A DNA stretch of 64,000 nt, taken from positions 16,039-80,038 of IMG/VR virus record IMGVR_UViG_3300027419_000027. One strand, 5' to 3'. Source of the DNA: a virus (Duplodnaviria > Caudoviricetes). The position numbers and the translations under genes are program-made. The notes beneath the pieces were generated by a model. It saw only the letters and a program-made list of their open reading frames with translations, made no database searches and was not told where the DNA came from. Shown in pieces: positions 29,401 through 39,156 of this stretch (position 1 is the stretch's first letter; each line of letters opens with the position of its first letter).

Positions 29401-32400
29401 TAATCTTCCCAAAGCTATCGCAGACGAGATTGTGTCTGCCAGCCAACTGATCGACGAAGCTGATCTTGCGGAAGACGGCCGCGAAACAGAACCCCACATT
29501 ACGGTCAAGTACGGACTTCACACCGAAGACGTTGAAGCGGTTCGTAAACTCGTCCAGAATGAGCCCCCGATTACAGTCAAGCTCGGGAAGATATCCACGT
29601 TCGAGAATGACGATTACGATGTGGTCAAAGTGGATGTTGAAAGCGACGACTTACGCCGGATCAACAAGAAGATTGCCGACAACCTGGAAGTCACCGACAC
29701 GCAGCCCTCGTACAAACCACACGTCACTCTGGCGTATGTTAAGAAGGGAGAGGGCAAGAAATATGCTTCCGCCAAGGAACTCGGGCATGAAATCACTCTG
29801 GACGCACTGACGTTTTCCAGCAAGACAGGCGAGCGAGTCGACATTCCGCTTCTGGGAACGACACCATCCATCGCGGAGCCCCCACAAGCCCCACAAACGC
29901 CCATTCCGGCCGAGACGCCTCAAGACACCACCCCGCCCGCGGAAACGCAGCAGGAAGCGACCCAGGCGGTTTCCGTGGACTATTCCGGCATGACCGGCAA
30001 GGAATTGACAGCAGAGGCCAAGAAACGGGGGCTGAAGGGTTTCGGCGGGAAGAAAGTGGCTGCGATTCGGACGATGCTGGAAGAGGATGACCGGGCGGCA
30101 GTCAAGAAGCAAACCACCAGCGAGCCCGCAGAAGTGACCGGGGAAGTAGCCACAGAAACAAAACAGCCGTGGCAGGTGTCCAGCGAAGCGTACTCGTCCG
30201 CCACCATGCCGGAAAGGCGAATATCCGACGAACTCGGCAGGACTCTTCAGGAACTCGACGTCAAGAAGCGTTCATGGAGAAAGCCTGAAGAGTCCAATCA
30301 GATATACCCGACGTTGAGTGATCTTGGCATCGACAAGAAGGCGTTTCGTTCGCTCGTCAAGGAAGGGTACGCGGAAGATCGAGGCTTTGGGCCATCAACG
30401 ACACCAAAGGCTTGGTTTGAACTGCAAGTTCTTGCTGGCGAGAATCCGATCGTTGGCGTTAGCATTAAGAGCCATGAGCAGATTGTCGAAGAAGCACTTG
30501 CCGCCGGCAAGGAAGTTCCCGCCGAAGTCCTCGCCGAATATCCCGACCTGAAGCCCGTGGCAGAAACTACCAGCACTCCCGCAGAGCTCCCGAGCGAGCC
30601 TGTAGGGCCGTCCGTTGGCGTTCCCGAGGGGCTGGACCCTATATTCTACCGCAGGGGGTTGGAGGCCCGCTCAGCCGGTATCCGCAACCCGGAAGCGTCT
30701 GGAGTGAGACCCGGTACGATCCCTTGGAAATCGTGGATGGCAGGGAACGAGGCAGGCGAGAAGCCCCCCAAGAGGAAAAGCCGCGTCAAATCGGAGGAGC
30801 CCCCGAGCGAGCCAGAGGTTGTGACGGAAAAAACAGGTTTCGACGCTGCCATTCCAGAAGCAACCGAGGCGCTGAAGTCTGCAGACATGTCCACCCGCGA
30901 TGGCGAGCTCGCGGCCATGCGTGAGGTCAAGGCTATTGCCGAGAAACATGGCGTGGGGGCCAACGAGCTTTGGCGTGACGTAGCGTGGGATGCGGTTGGC
31001 GGAATGGACATCGAGACGGAAACAGGAACCGAGCGGAAGGGCGAGCGAACCAAACCATCAACGCCGAGTGGTCCTGGCCCTGGCAAAATGGAAGCCGAAT
31101 CAGATATTCGTGAAGCCTACGAAAGCGGAAACATTGACGTAAGCGAAGCGAGGCGGATGCTCGCAGAGCTTCGGGCAAAACCTTCCGAGCCCGAAACGAA
31201 GCCCGCGAAGGGGTTCAGGAAGTCAAAGACTCCGAAGGCCGCCCGCGGGGCCGCTTCCTCCCTGTCCCAAGCCTCCAAAGCAGCGGACAAGGAAGTTTCC
31301 GAAGCGCTCGACAAGTTTGGAAAGACTCTCCGCAGCAAGGGAGCAGGATCCAACCTGTTCCTTGATGCCGAGATTCTCGCTGCTGCCGCGAACCTGACCG
31401 TTAAGTTGGTCAAGGCCGGGGTGCTTCGGTTCGCTGTGGCGATGGAACGTATGACCGCCCGTTTCGGCGAAGCGGCCGAGCAGTACCGGCCTGCCATGGA
31501 ACGAGCATGGGACGACACCCGGGCCGCCAATCCGGACTGGGGCATGGAAGCTCGCGAACCGGAAACCGCCGAGCCAGAAGAACCCACCTCGCCGCCTGCC
31601 CCGCCCGCGGCCGTCCCTTCGCAACCTCCGCAGCCAGCAGCGAAGAAACCGCCACCGTCTGGATTCATCGGAATCAAGAGAGCACGGCTAGAAATGCAGG
31701 CCGATGCCGCTGGATTGCCTCGTCCAACAGAAGTCGAATCCGTAAACGCCATTGAGCTTGTGGCGAATGCAGTAGCCAATTTGACGCCCAAATCTGATCA
31801 GGACATTCAAGCACTTGCAGCAGAAGTCATCACTTCCCAAAAATCAATTACGGTTGAACAGACAGCCGAATTGTTGGCTAGCGTAGATTACCACAGCCGA
31901 AAAGCGGACGAGGCAGACGACTTATACAACAAGCATATGGCTGCCGGTGAACTGGAGAAAGCAAGAATAGCGGAAGAGGAATCAGCCCTCCACAAAACCA
32001 CCGTGCGCAATCTGTCACAGGCGGCGAGAGATGTCGGACGGCGGCAGTTCGCATACATGGGGCATGTTCTGCAAATCCTAGTTGACAAGGATGGACAAGC
32101 CCACATTGAACGACTTCTGCGAAAAGCCAATGACGGACGGCTGGACGAAAGCGATATTGCCTGGGCCGAGAAGATGGCAAAACAACTGGAGAAGGCAAAG
32201 AAGGATCAAGCGAAACGCGGCAGGGAGCTTGACGAAGAAGAAGCACTGACTCAAGCAAAACAGAAGATCGCCGAACTGGAAGCGGAAATCAAACGGGAGC
32301 GGATGCGACCACGCACACGTGGTTCCAAAAACAAGATCGTTACCCAAGAGGCAAAGGACGCGGCGGTACAGCGAATCTTGGCTCGGCTGAAGAACGTGGG

Positions 32401-35400
32401 AACCACATCTTCTTCAACTCCAGCCGGGATAATAGTAGAAATGCTGGCGGATGCCGCGATTGTTGCCGGCTACCATGTCGAGGCTGGAGCACGGAAACTC
32501 GCAGACTTCTCCAAGGCAATGATTGCGGATCTTGGTGCTTGGGTCGAGCCGCACTTGGACGATCTGTATCGCAAAGCCAGAGCGGAGTATGCCAGCATCC
32601 GCCTAGCGGAACTTGGAGAGAAACTTGCAGAAACCGACGATCTGCGTGGACAGCATAGCTACGTTGAGAAAATGGCGAAGGAGATCCTGGCGGAAACTCG
32701 CAGGGAGGACGGCACATTCATTCATCGGGAAGAATTGCTGGACAGACTGCATGAAAAGATGAAAGCATTTGATCCAGACATCACTCGGCGCGAGACAATG
32801 GATATGTTTTCTGGGTATGGCAAACATCGCGAGTTGTCGCAGGAAGACCTGGAGGTGGCGTACCGAGATCGTCGGGGAGAGTCCAGAGAACTTGGTAAGA
32901 TCGACGACATGCGGCAAAAGATAGCACCCAGTTCCACTGGCACGGAGAGGCACACGCCATCTGACGAGGAACGGCAACTGCATAGAGATGTGAGAGAGTT
33001 GAAGAGACAAGGAGAGGCGGAAGGGTGGTATTACTCAGGGGATAAAGAGAGGAAACTCAAAGGCACACTTGAATCGCAGAAGACACGCCTACACAATGAG
33101 ATTCGCGATCTCGACAACCAAATTGCATCCGGCAAGAAGACGGTAAAGGACAAGACAGCGCCTCTCACCGATGCAGAACTGGAATATTTGCGTGAACAGC
33201 GAGATCAAAAGAGGGAACGGCTGGATGCCGTCATACGTGCTTCCGAAGAAGCCGACTTCGCGAGATGGGAAAGCGAAGGAGGAACTTTTGTCGATCCCGC
33301 AGTCGAGGAATACCTGAAGGTGTTGGATCGACAGATTAGATCGCTACAAAAACAGTTGGCGACGAAAAGTGTGTTTTCAAAACCTTCGCCGTGGCGACCT
33401 GGCGGACAGGCAGTAGATGTCAAGAGGGCACAGATCGAAGCATTGCAGGCCGAAAAGGCTTTGATGCGGAAAATCTTGGACCCCAATTACGAAACGAATC
33501 AAAAACTCTTGAATGCCGAGAAGGCGGCAGAACGAGAACTTGCAAAACTGGAAAAGGAACAGGCCGAAGGTTTCAAGATGCGAGAGAAACCACAGCCCAT
33601 AGTCTCTGATAAGCTCAAGGAAACGCGCGCTAAGTTGTCCGCGATACGTCAACAGAGAAGGGACTCGCTAGAAGGCGAGTATGCCCTGCGAGCCGCTATT
33701 GCCCAAAGCACACGCAATTCCGCGAAGATTTCCGAACGCCTAGCAAGCGGTGACTTTTCGCCAAGGAAGCGAAAGCCCAAAAGAACATGGGACGATCCAG
33801 AATTCAAGAAGGCAAAAGCCAATGAATTGGAGGCACGAAAGCAACTGGCCGAAAAAATAGCCGAATACGAGTGGGAACACATGACTGGCTGGGGAAGAAC
33901 CAAGTTCTATGCCGGGCGAGTCAGAGACGTATGGAAGGCGGTCATGACAGGATTCGACCAGACGGCACTTGGATTGCAGGGTGGCATCGTCACGTTTACT
34001 AATCCGGCGGTATGGTCGAAGGCGTTAGTTCCTACCGCCAAAGCGCTGATGAGTGAAGAAAACCGCGAGCTGTTGGATGCAGAGAGAGAGTCGCATCCGA
34101 ATTACGAGCGATTCAAAAACTATGGACTTGCTGTGCGAGAACACGGTGTCAGTAAAGACATGGCAGCTACGGAATTCTACGGCTCAGATGCGTTGATAGA
34201 CCGCATCTTTGGCGTAGCTATGAGCGAGCGTTCATTCTCCACGTTCATCAATGAGCTGAGATTCAACTTGATGCAGGTGCTGGAATGGTCGTACACCAAG
34301 GATGGGCGACAACTCACGCCAACTCAAGGCGAAGCTCTGGCCAGGATCGTAAATGCATTCACTCTCGCGTACAAACCAAAAAGCCACAAATTGCAGATAG
34401 CATTAGGTGTTGCGGGTGAGTTTTTTTGGGCTCCATCCATGTACGTTGCACGTCTGCAATTAGCGGTGGGGGCGCCTGTATTGTTTAATCCTGGGGCCGA
34501 TTCACGGGTACGCATGATAGCTGCGAAACAGTATCTCAAGGCGGCGGTAGGCATTGCAGTCACAACCGCCGTCCTGCGAATGCTGTTGGACGGTGACGAT
34601 GATGATGAACTGAATATGACAGACCCCGATTACTACAAGGTGAAACATGGAAATATCCGGATGGATCTGACATCGGGGCTAGGCCAGATGATGGTACTTG
34701 GTGCCAGAATCCTTAACTCTATCGTCGATGCCAGACTTGGCGAACCTCTGTGGGAAACCAAGGGCCGCCCGACGAGCACTAGAGAACTATTCGGATCTTT
34801 TGCCAGTTTCAAGACAGCTCCATGGGTGTCCGCAATCTTCGACTTCACCGAGGAAAAGGATGTAGTCGGTCGTCCGACATCGTTGGGAAACATATTACTG
34901 TCAAACATCACTCCCCTATCAGTTCAAACGCTTGTTGAGTCAGTTGAAGAGGCGGGAATGATCGAGGGGTTGGCATGGACGCTTCCTGGCGTTACGGGGC
35001 GCAACCTGTCGATATACGACCAAACCGCACCGAAGTCCGAAGAGACATTTCTAGCCACCACGCTGCGACTAGGCAGACGAATGATCGGCGCAGAGGCTCC
35101 TGGGCTTAAACCGGCCGAAATGGACAAGTGGCTTGAATCTAAGATCGAGTGGGACGCTGACCTGTCTGCGGTCGATAGATTTCTGACTCCTGAACAAGTT
35201 AAACAGGCAAAGTCTCGCCTCGAAAACAGGAAACAGGCTGTTGTGTTTAATGGTCTGAATCCGGAACCCAAGCGAACCCCAAAAGACACGGACGAGACCT
35301 ACCAGAAGAAACTGGACGCGCACTCGAATGCCCAGAATCGGCTTCGGGAAATGACCCAGACCCTCGGGCTGAGTCACGCCGAGGCTCAGCGGCTTCTGGT

Positions 35401-35608
35401 GGAGTCCTACCGCAAACCGAACGCAGAAGGCGTCATGCAGACGGAAGTGAATGCCAGGAACACCAGGGCCTTCGACAAGAGTTATCCGGAAAAGGGGATT
35501 GCCCTGGCGAAACTCTACGGGTTATCGGAAGAGGACTTCTGGAAATTCCGAGATAGCGCCGAATTCCAGGCGTGGGATACACGGTGGCAGGCGGAACAGG
35601 GCTGGTAA
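26459..35608 (+). CDS. Giant (3049 aa) polyvalent internal virion protein
   Basis: Uninterrupted ORF. Contains a 2H phosphoesterase (PHITV...PHVTL), a Rho-N/SAP-like motif, an 'HEQIVEEALAAGKEVPAEVLAEYPDL' polyvalent-protein-type motif, and a helical C-terminal ejection-protein-like region. Confidence 0.85.
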   Translation: MATVDWESELTAEVGPPLQGGQSTAIDWEAELAAELGPPPVLRAEPQPQQQPTPQQPAPEQPVAKVEQASLGSSAMSPREEPQKPPQVFDFEGTTYSAPSDWSPETISRWLNKYAIPDTRRNLTRERAGGRSQYFDSEREQKLRTSTPVGQQGLKEWAEYLSGEDAEGKPIVVKPEDVTPQAMAEVVKAYKQQAEESAKATDINPVKMRELNEDIASLERDLERRWPNETTAESVKRQIVDKMTDKEVLEGAKKRGAKERITADAARQMIVEERVKGRTPQQVAADEAILNSRPGYVARKNQPKEAFWAENLLREYQQKYGDEIPRDKKPAFDNANKAYDAWLKSSPNGAEEGFDDWRRSAKSRSILHPEEQKQLEEQKRDPQNRQRYNNLSEAMVAYHAYNTGDLDVVPYLLKRIPFAGTAVEAADLLSLRNAVKNIEAKKATDSDWFTLAGAIDAAEKSKDRGFGRKVFDLVSQLPAMGVEFTMTGGGFTAARAGARKLAAQVLGKQLLRRAVPRMAVKAAGFAAGVAGRTALNAPLVAAKVSEKWMPEYDLTRDETGQLTAAITGDDPSFLEALGKGFGAAYIEMGSEEAGRLIGIGGKALAQSAVGQALAKIPLAQRTMALKAAVLNRFLAKGGTAAKAREILDKAGWNGMIGEVFEERVADVAGGVTGIEKDYGTTGKLLANDPEGWEQLGVEALSFSAIPIGQTVLSAADAAMAPKDTRGPVATREPVSTPRAQTELEKLRQIVAKGWVTVEEANDAGLSGQNRGSRKAAVQARIQQLEQEISDAEKVPSDQVVPEEAGQVGERVPADSLGDIRGPGQEQVGAQPAGEVAETQVEPETPDIAELKRMDPKEIEQMWLATFPGGEFMPTDVDEQIQQIAKAWGGEKQKTTPSAADLNTFADELEQEKQDAELVADQPGAVAPDVGPPAGPVADGTDSALPIAPAPSVSEPADVAAQPEGREGVGQAGKHEFSSTQVNLPKAIADEIVSASQLIDEADLAEDGRETEPHITVKYGLHTEDVEAVRKLVQNEPPITVKLGKISTFENDDYDVVKVDVESDDLRRINKKIADNLEVTDTQPSYKPHVTLAYVKKGEGKKYASAKELGHEITLDALTFSSKTGERVDIPLLGTTPSIAEPPQAPQTPIPAETPQDTTPPAETQQEATQAVSVDYSGMTGKELTAEAKKRGLKGFGGKKVAAIRTMLEEDDRAAVKKQTTSEPAEVTGEVATETKQPWQVSSEAYSSATMPERRISDELGRTLQELDVKKRSWRKPEESNQIYPTLSDLGIDKKAFRSLVKEGYAEDRGFGPSTTPKAWFELQVLAGENPIVGVSIKSHEQIVEEALAAGKEVPAEVLAEYPDLKPVAETTSTPAELPSEPVGPSVGVPEGLDPIFYRRGLEARSAGIRNPEASGVRPGTIPWKSWMAGNEAGEKPPKRKSRVKSEEPPSEPEVVTEKTGFDAAIPEATEALKSADMSTRDGELAAMREVKAIAEKHGVGANELWRDVAWDAVGGMDIETETGTERKGERTKPSTPSGPGPGKMEAESDIREAYESGNIDVSEARRMLAELRAKPSEPETKPAKGFRKSKTPKAARGAASSLSQASKAADKEVSEALDKFGKTLRSKGAGSNLFLDAEILAAAANLTVKLVKAGVLRFAVAMERMTARFGEAAEQYRPAMERAWDDTRAANPDWGMEAREPETAEPEEPTSPPAPPAAVPSQPPQPAAKKPPPSGFIGIKRARLEMQADAAGLPRPTEVESVNAIELVANAVANLTPKSDQDIQALAAEVITSQKSITVEQTAELLASVDYHSRKADEADDLYNKHMAAGELEKARIAEEESALHKTTVRNLSQAARDVGRRQFAYMGHVLQILVDKDGQAHIERLLRKANDGRLDESDIAWAEKMAKQLEKAKKDQAKRGRELDEEEALTQAKQKIAELEAEIKRERMRPRTRGSKNKIVTQEAKDAAVQRILARLKNVGTTSSSTPAGIIVEMLADAAIVAGYHVEAGARKLADFSKAMIADLGAWVEPHLDDLYRKARAEYASIRLAELGEKLAETDDLRGQHSYVEKMAKEILAETRREDGTFIHREELLDRLHEKMKAFDPDITRRETMDMFSGYGKHRELSQEDLEVAYRDRRGESRELGKIDDMRQKIAPSSTGTERHTPSDEERQLHRDVRELKRQGEAEGWYYSGDKERKLKGTLESQKTRLHNEIRDLDNQIASGKKTVKDKTAPLTDAELEYLREQRDQKRERLDAVIRASEEADFARWESEGGTFVDPAVEEYLKVLDRQIRSLQKQLATKSVFSKPSPWRPGGQAVDVKRAQIEALQAEKALMRKILDPNYETNQKLLNAEKAAERELAKLEKEQAEGFKMREKPQPIVSDKLKETRAKLSAIRQQRRDSLEGEYALRAAIAQSTRNSAKISERLASGDFSPRKRKPKRTWDDPEFKKAKANELEARKQLAEKIAEYEWEHMTGWGRTKFYAGRVRDVWKAVMTGFDQTALGLQGGIVTFTNPAVWSKALVPTAKALMSEENRELLDAERESHPNYERFKNYGLAVREHGVSKDMAATEFYGSDALIDRIFGVAMSERSFSTFINELRFNLMQVLEWSYTKDGRQLTPTQGEALARIVNAFTLAYKPKSHKLQIALGVAGEFFWAPSMYVARLQLAVGAPVLFNPGADSRVRMIAAKQYLKAAVGIAVTTAVLRMLLDGDDDDELNMTDPDYYKVKHGNIRMDLTSGLGQMMVLGARILNSIVDARLGEPLWETKGRPTSTRELFGSFASFKTAPWVSAIFDFTEEKDVVGRPTSLGNILLSNITPLSVQTLVESVEEAGMIEGLAWTLPGVTGRNLSIYDQTAPKSEETFLATTLRLGRRMIGAEAPGLKPAEMDKWLESKIEWDADLSAVDRFLTPEQVKQAKSRLENRKQAVVFNGLNPEPKRTPKDTDETYQKKLDAHSNAQNRLREMTQTLGLSHAEAQRLLVESYRKPNAEGVMQTEVNARNTRAFDKSYPEKGIALAKLYGLSEEDFWKFRDSAEFQAWDTRWQAEQGW
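28827..28979 (+). CDS. Nested +1-frame 50-aa basic protein inside the giant gene
   Basis: AGGAG-N7-ATG. MPRKYLAIKSSLKKQGKSENESQRIASATFVGQGKSKSERSRRAKSLKHK*. Confidence 0.55.
   Translation: MPRKYLAIKSSLKKQGKSENESQRIASATFVGQGKSKSERSRRAKSLKHK
29199..29363 (+). CDS. Second nested +1-frame 54-aa Trp/Arg-rich protein inside the giant gene
   Basis: AGGAG-N7-ATG in the same upstream context. MPNWWLINLVRWLRMWDRPQ...GRE*. Confidence 0.45.
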   Translation: MPNWWLINLVRWLRMWDRPQDQWPMERTVHYRSHPPRAFRNRRMLQPNPRDGRE

Positions 35609-35620
35609 ATTTCTGGTGCC

Positions 35621-35956
35621 TCAGTCCGCATCAATGACGATTCGCAAATCGCGTTTCCTCACGGGAAACGTGTCCCTGTTGCTTGATCCATCGATCACGA
35701 TGAAATACGCGAAGAACGTGCCTGCGGTATCCACATCGCCGCTGGAGAACGTGTACTGTACCTCGCCGGAATCGGCATCAGTCACAGTCACACCCGAGGT
35801 TGTTTCGGCTACCACGTCAGCCCCGTCGCTGTCGACCATCGTGAACTTGACCGTCAACCCCGTCAGATCCACCACGGTCCCATCCGGCCTGACGAGCGTT
35901 GCCGCCAGAGCCACCTCGGTATCGCCTACGTGTCGTAGCTGTTGGCTTGTGCTCAT
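35621..35956 (-). CDS. BppU N-terminal-like / tail-fibre-associated Ig-like protein
   Basis: VVDLTGLTVKFTM...SGEVQYTF...DVDTAGTFFAYF. Confidence 0.6.
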   Translation of the reverse strand: MSTSQQLRHVGDTEVALAATLVRPDGTVVDLTGLTVKFTMVDSDGADVVAETTSGVTVTDADSGEVQYTFSSGDVDTAGTFFAYFIVIDGSSNRDTFPVRKRDLRIVIDAD

Positions 35957-36147
35957 CGTGTCCCCTCCAGGGTAATGCGTTGCGAATCCGTACCAACGAG
36001 CGATAGGCGGGTTGCGTCGGTGCCGGCCAGGGTGATGCGTGCCGTTGACGTGCCGATGAGGTCGTATCGCTCAACGACTGTGCCAGGAGTTACAGGTGCA
36101 CTCCACCAGTGAAGCACGACCCCCAGAATATCCCTGAATCCCGCCAC
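35953..36147 (-). CDS. Hypothetical tail-associated protein
   Basis: Coupled to its neighbours. Confidence 0.5.
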   Translation of the reverse strand: MAGFRDILGVVLHWWSAPVTPGTVVERYDLIGTSTARITLAGTDATRLSLVGTDSQRITLEGTR

Positions 36148-39100
36148 TAGCTCACCCCCGTGATCGGGTCAGCGGCGCCGTCACTCGTGACCGGCTTGGT
36201 GGCATGCGTCGTAATGTTGTCTGTGCGGTAGATCGTCCACACGTCATCAGCCACACTCGAATGGAACCCGGCCAGAATCAGGGTTATCAGCGAATCCTCT
36301 TCGGCGGCTGCTTGGTCGTTGGTCACGCTTTTGGTGAACAGTTCGGTACGAATCTGTGCGACCGTTGGAGCAGCAGTTTTCGCCGCATCGTATGCCGATG
36401 TGAGCGTCATAGCCGACCCTACAGCAGCCGGTGAAGCAGGGATCAGGCCGGTCTTGGCGGCCACCGTCGATAACTGCGTGTCGAGATTCGCCGCGGCCAT
36501 CCCAACGGCTGTACGCACGCCAGCGGCATCCAGTGTGCTCGTTCCGGTGCCTCGGCTACTGATTGCGACATCCAGGTACCCCGCTCTGGTCGGTGTCCAG
36601 TCGCTTGCGGCTGGAGGTATGACCCACGTTGCCGGAAGACAGTCAACGTAGGTGTTGACATCACCGATCTGCGTATCCAAATTCGCCTCAGCAAGCCCAA
36701 CGGCTGCCCGCACAACATCCTGCAATTCACCCTCGCTGTTCGGCCAACGCGATGCGGTATATCCAAGCTCGACTGCCGCGGCTGCGAGAATGGCAACAAG
36801 CTGTGCTCCAGCCGAGTTGTAATGCGTTCCGCCATCCTCTGTGTATGTTGCATCGAACGTCGGAATAGACTCCAATTCCGTGCCGGCCTCAACAACCTCA
36901 TACCACGGGTTCACGAATGCACACCTGGATGCCGTCGCTGCACCTTCCAGCACACCATTGAGTTGATCGCGAATCGCGGCTGCGTCTGCCGCCGATGCGG
37001 TACCAGAACTGTAAGGCGGCAATCCAATAATCAACGATGGAACCGATCGGTCTTGCAGATCATCGATAATTTCCGCAAGTCGCGTAGTGATCAACGATAC
37101 TGCCCCATTGCGATTTGCCTCCAAATCGTTCACGAGCCCGGAAATGTCGTTCAGACCCATTCCACCGTAGACGAATAACGGAGTAGTCATTTCGCACAAG
37201 TCGCCATATCCTGCCGATGCGGACTTATATCGCAGGTATCCTGCCGTGCTGCCGCCGACAGATGTGTTGCACAATGCATTGCCAGCAATCCACGCCTGCC
37301 ACCAGATCCGATCATGGGTAAATGCCGTTGGCAAGTGCGTTCCCAATCTCGACGAAGTTCTAGAACATTGAGAATCCCCAAGGATCACCAATGGTTGCCA
37401 ACCAACCTCCAACGCTGAAACAGTCGCAGTTCCAGAAAGTCTGAGCCAATCCCCGCTGGTAACGCTGTACTCGGCGGCACGAGCACTGGCGTTTTTACAG
37501 GCGTGGGAAATCGTCGCAATATCCGAATCACCTTGCCCGCCTTGCCCGCTGGTTTTGTTCACATAAAACACGTCGGCTTTATTGTCGGCTCGCTGCTCAT
37601 AGAGCAAGTCGAACGTATCGCCAGCCTCAGCACCAGCAGCGGCCAACGACACATTCGCCGCACCGAACGTCACCTGATCCGTCGCACCCATGTCAAGAGC
37701 AAGCGTCGTCTGCGTTGCATCATTTCCGGAGCTGGTGACCATCACTGCACACGAAAGAGATTGCCCGTCAGCTACCACGGAGTCTTGGAGCTTTACGCAA
37801 TAATCGCCATCGGTTCGCTTGGGAATCAATACGTCTTTCGCTGTGCTGTACGTCGTACTCAGAAGCTTTCGTGCGGATGTAGTGAACGTAATATACCCAC
37901 GCGGCAATTCTCCCGAGCTATTGGCTGCACCTGTGTGTGATGCAGGCGGAAAACTTGTCAGCGTGTACGTGCTATAGCACGTCAGATTTTGCGGCCCCTT
38001 TGTGTCATTAAATCGGACGATCCCAGGATGTGCCGCCGTACGCCCTGCCTTGCCCTCGATGCCCCAACCCATCTGGTAACTCTTACCAGATTCGAGTGTG
38101 AACGACACGCTCGCAACGGTTGTCGGTCCAATCTTTGCCCCGCTCGCAGCAAGATGTTCAATGTCCGCGGTCATGTCGATGTACGTCGCACCATTTCCAA
38201 ACGTGATCGGAGTAAGCGTGCCTCCATCGTCCTCGAAAATGGAAAACCGTGCATCGCCAATGTCGGCGTCTAGCGTGAATCCCGCGAACACGAAAGTCCC
38301 AGTTAGGTAGTACACACCAGGATTCAGAGTCAGCGGAATTGTGTGGCACATCCACTTGTTGTCTGTGCCAGAAAATCCCGTGTCGTACACTCCGCCGGGT
38401 GCTGTTGAAACAGCAACTCCGTACTTCCAGGCCGACGCATTGGAGGCGCCACTATAAGCCGGGTAATGTGCAATCTGTGCATCGCCAGTTCCGGTCGGCA
38501 GATTAACTGGATTGGTGAGTGCTCTCACAACGCCAACGGCTCCGCTTGCAGTCGTGATTGCGCCACCGGTGACGATGTCTGTCGCTACCATCGTGGATAG
38601 CCCGGCCTGTATTTTCGTCACAGCATCGGCCTTAACCGCGGCGGCAGTGATGGCATCTGTGCTGATCGTTTTGACGTTCACATCCACATCATCCGCCACC
38701 GCTGCATTCGTTATCGCACCCGCCGCAAACGCCGTGCTGGCAATCGCTCCGGTGGCAATGGTATCGTCGGTGATGGCGTCGGTGGCAATCTTCGCGGCTG
38801 TGATAGCGTCGTCTTTGATCGCAGTCGCGTCGATGGCGTTGGCGGCAATCGCTCCAACGGAAGTTGTGCCAGAAACAGCCGTAGCTGTCGTAACAATCGT
38901 CACCGTCGCCGTTGTGCAATCGGCTTTGTAGACGGTTACGGTGAATGCCGTGTAATTTGTTTCGGCTTGCGTTGGCGTGTAGTACCAAATCCCAGACGTT
39001 GCACCAACAGCCAGAGTCCCATCGCCAGCACCCTCGTTTCCACCTTCTGCTCGCACAACAACAGAAGCATCGGCAACGACCTTCGCTCCAGTTGCAATAA

Positions 39101-39155
39101 CGTAAATCGCACCAACAGCAATCCGTGGAGGTGATGCGGCATTTCTCGGATACAT
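36147..39155 (-). CDS. Tail fibre/spike with SGNH (GDSL-like) esterase domain
   Basis: A/I/D/T fibre repeats, VILGDSQ (block I), GMGLNDI (block III), DGGTHYN (block V), repeated AVG.A.ANLDTQ. Confidence 0.7.
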   Translation of the reverse strand: MYPRNAASPPRIAVGAIYVIATGAKVVADASVVVRAEGGNEGAGDGTLAVGATSGIWYYTPTQAETNYTAFTVTVYKADCTTATVTIVTTATAVSGTTSVGAIAANAIDATAIKDDAITAAKIATDAITDDTIATGAIASTAFAAGAITNAAVADDVDVNVKTISTDAITAAAVKADAVTKIQAGLSTMVATDIVTGGAITTASGAVGVVRALTNPVNLPTGTGDAQIAHYPAYSGASNASAWKYGVAVSTAPGGVYDTGFSGTDNKWMCHTIPLTLNPGVYYLTGTFVFAGFTLDADIGDARFSIFEDDGGTLTPITFGNGATYIDMTADIEHLAASGAKIGPTTVASVSFTLESGKSYQMGWGIEGKAGRTAAHPGIVRFNDTKGPQNLTCYSTYTLTSFPPASHTGAANSSGELPRGYITFTTSARKLLSTTYSTAKDVLIPKRTDGDYCVKLQDSVVADGQSLSCAVMVTSSGNDATQTTLALDMGATDQVTFGAANVSLAAAGAEAGDTFDLLYEQRADNKADVFYVNKTSGQGGQGDSDIATISHACKNASARAAEYSVTSGDWLRLSGTATVSALEVGWQPLVILGDSQCSRTSSRLGTHLPTAFTHDRIWWQAWIAGNALCNTSVGGSTAGYLRYKSASAGYGDLCEMTTPLFVYGGMGLNDISGLVNDLEANRNGAVSLITTRLAEIIDDLQDRSVPSLIIGLPPYSSGTASAADAAAIRDQLNGVLEGAATASRCAFVNPWYEVVEAGTELESIPTFDATYTEDGGTHYNSAGAQLVAILAAAAVELGYTASRWPNSEGELQDVVRAAVGLAEANLDTQIGDVNTYVDCLPATWVIPPAASDWTPTRAGYLDVAISSRGTGTSTLDAAGVRTAVGMAAANLDTQLSTVAAKTGLIPASPAAVGSAMTLTSAYDAAKTAAPTVAQIRTELFTKSVTNDQAAAEEDSLITLILAGFHSSVADDVWTIYRTDNITTHATKPVTSDGAADPITGVS

Positions 39156-39156
39156 G

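Noticed and set aside
28491-30924. Other alternative-frame ORFs in the giant gene (28491, 29466, 30318, 30724)
   Set aside because: No properly spaced SD or ATG context and no protein-like pattern, unlike the two nested ORFs reported.
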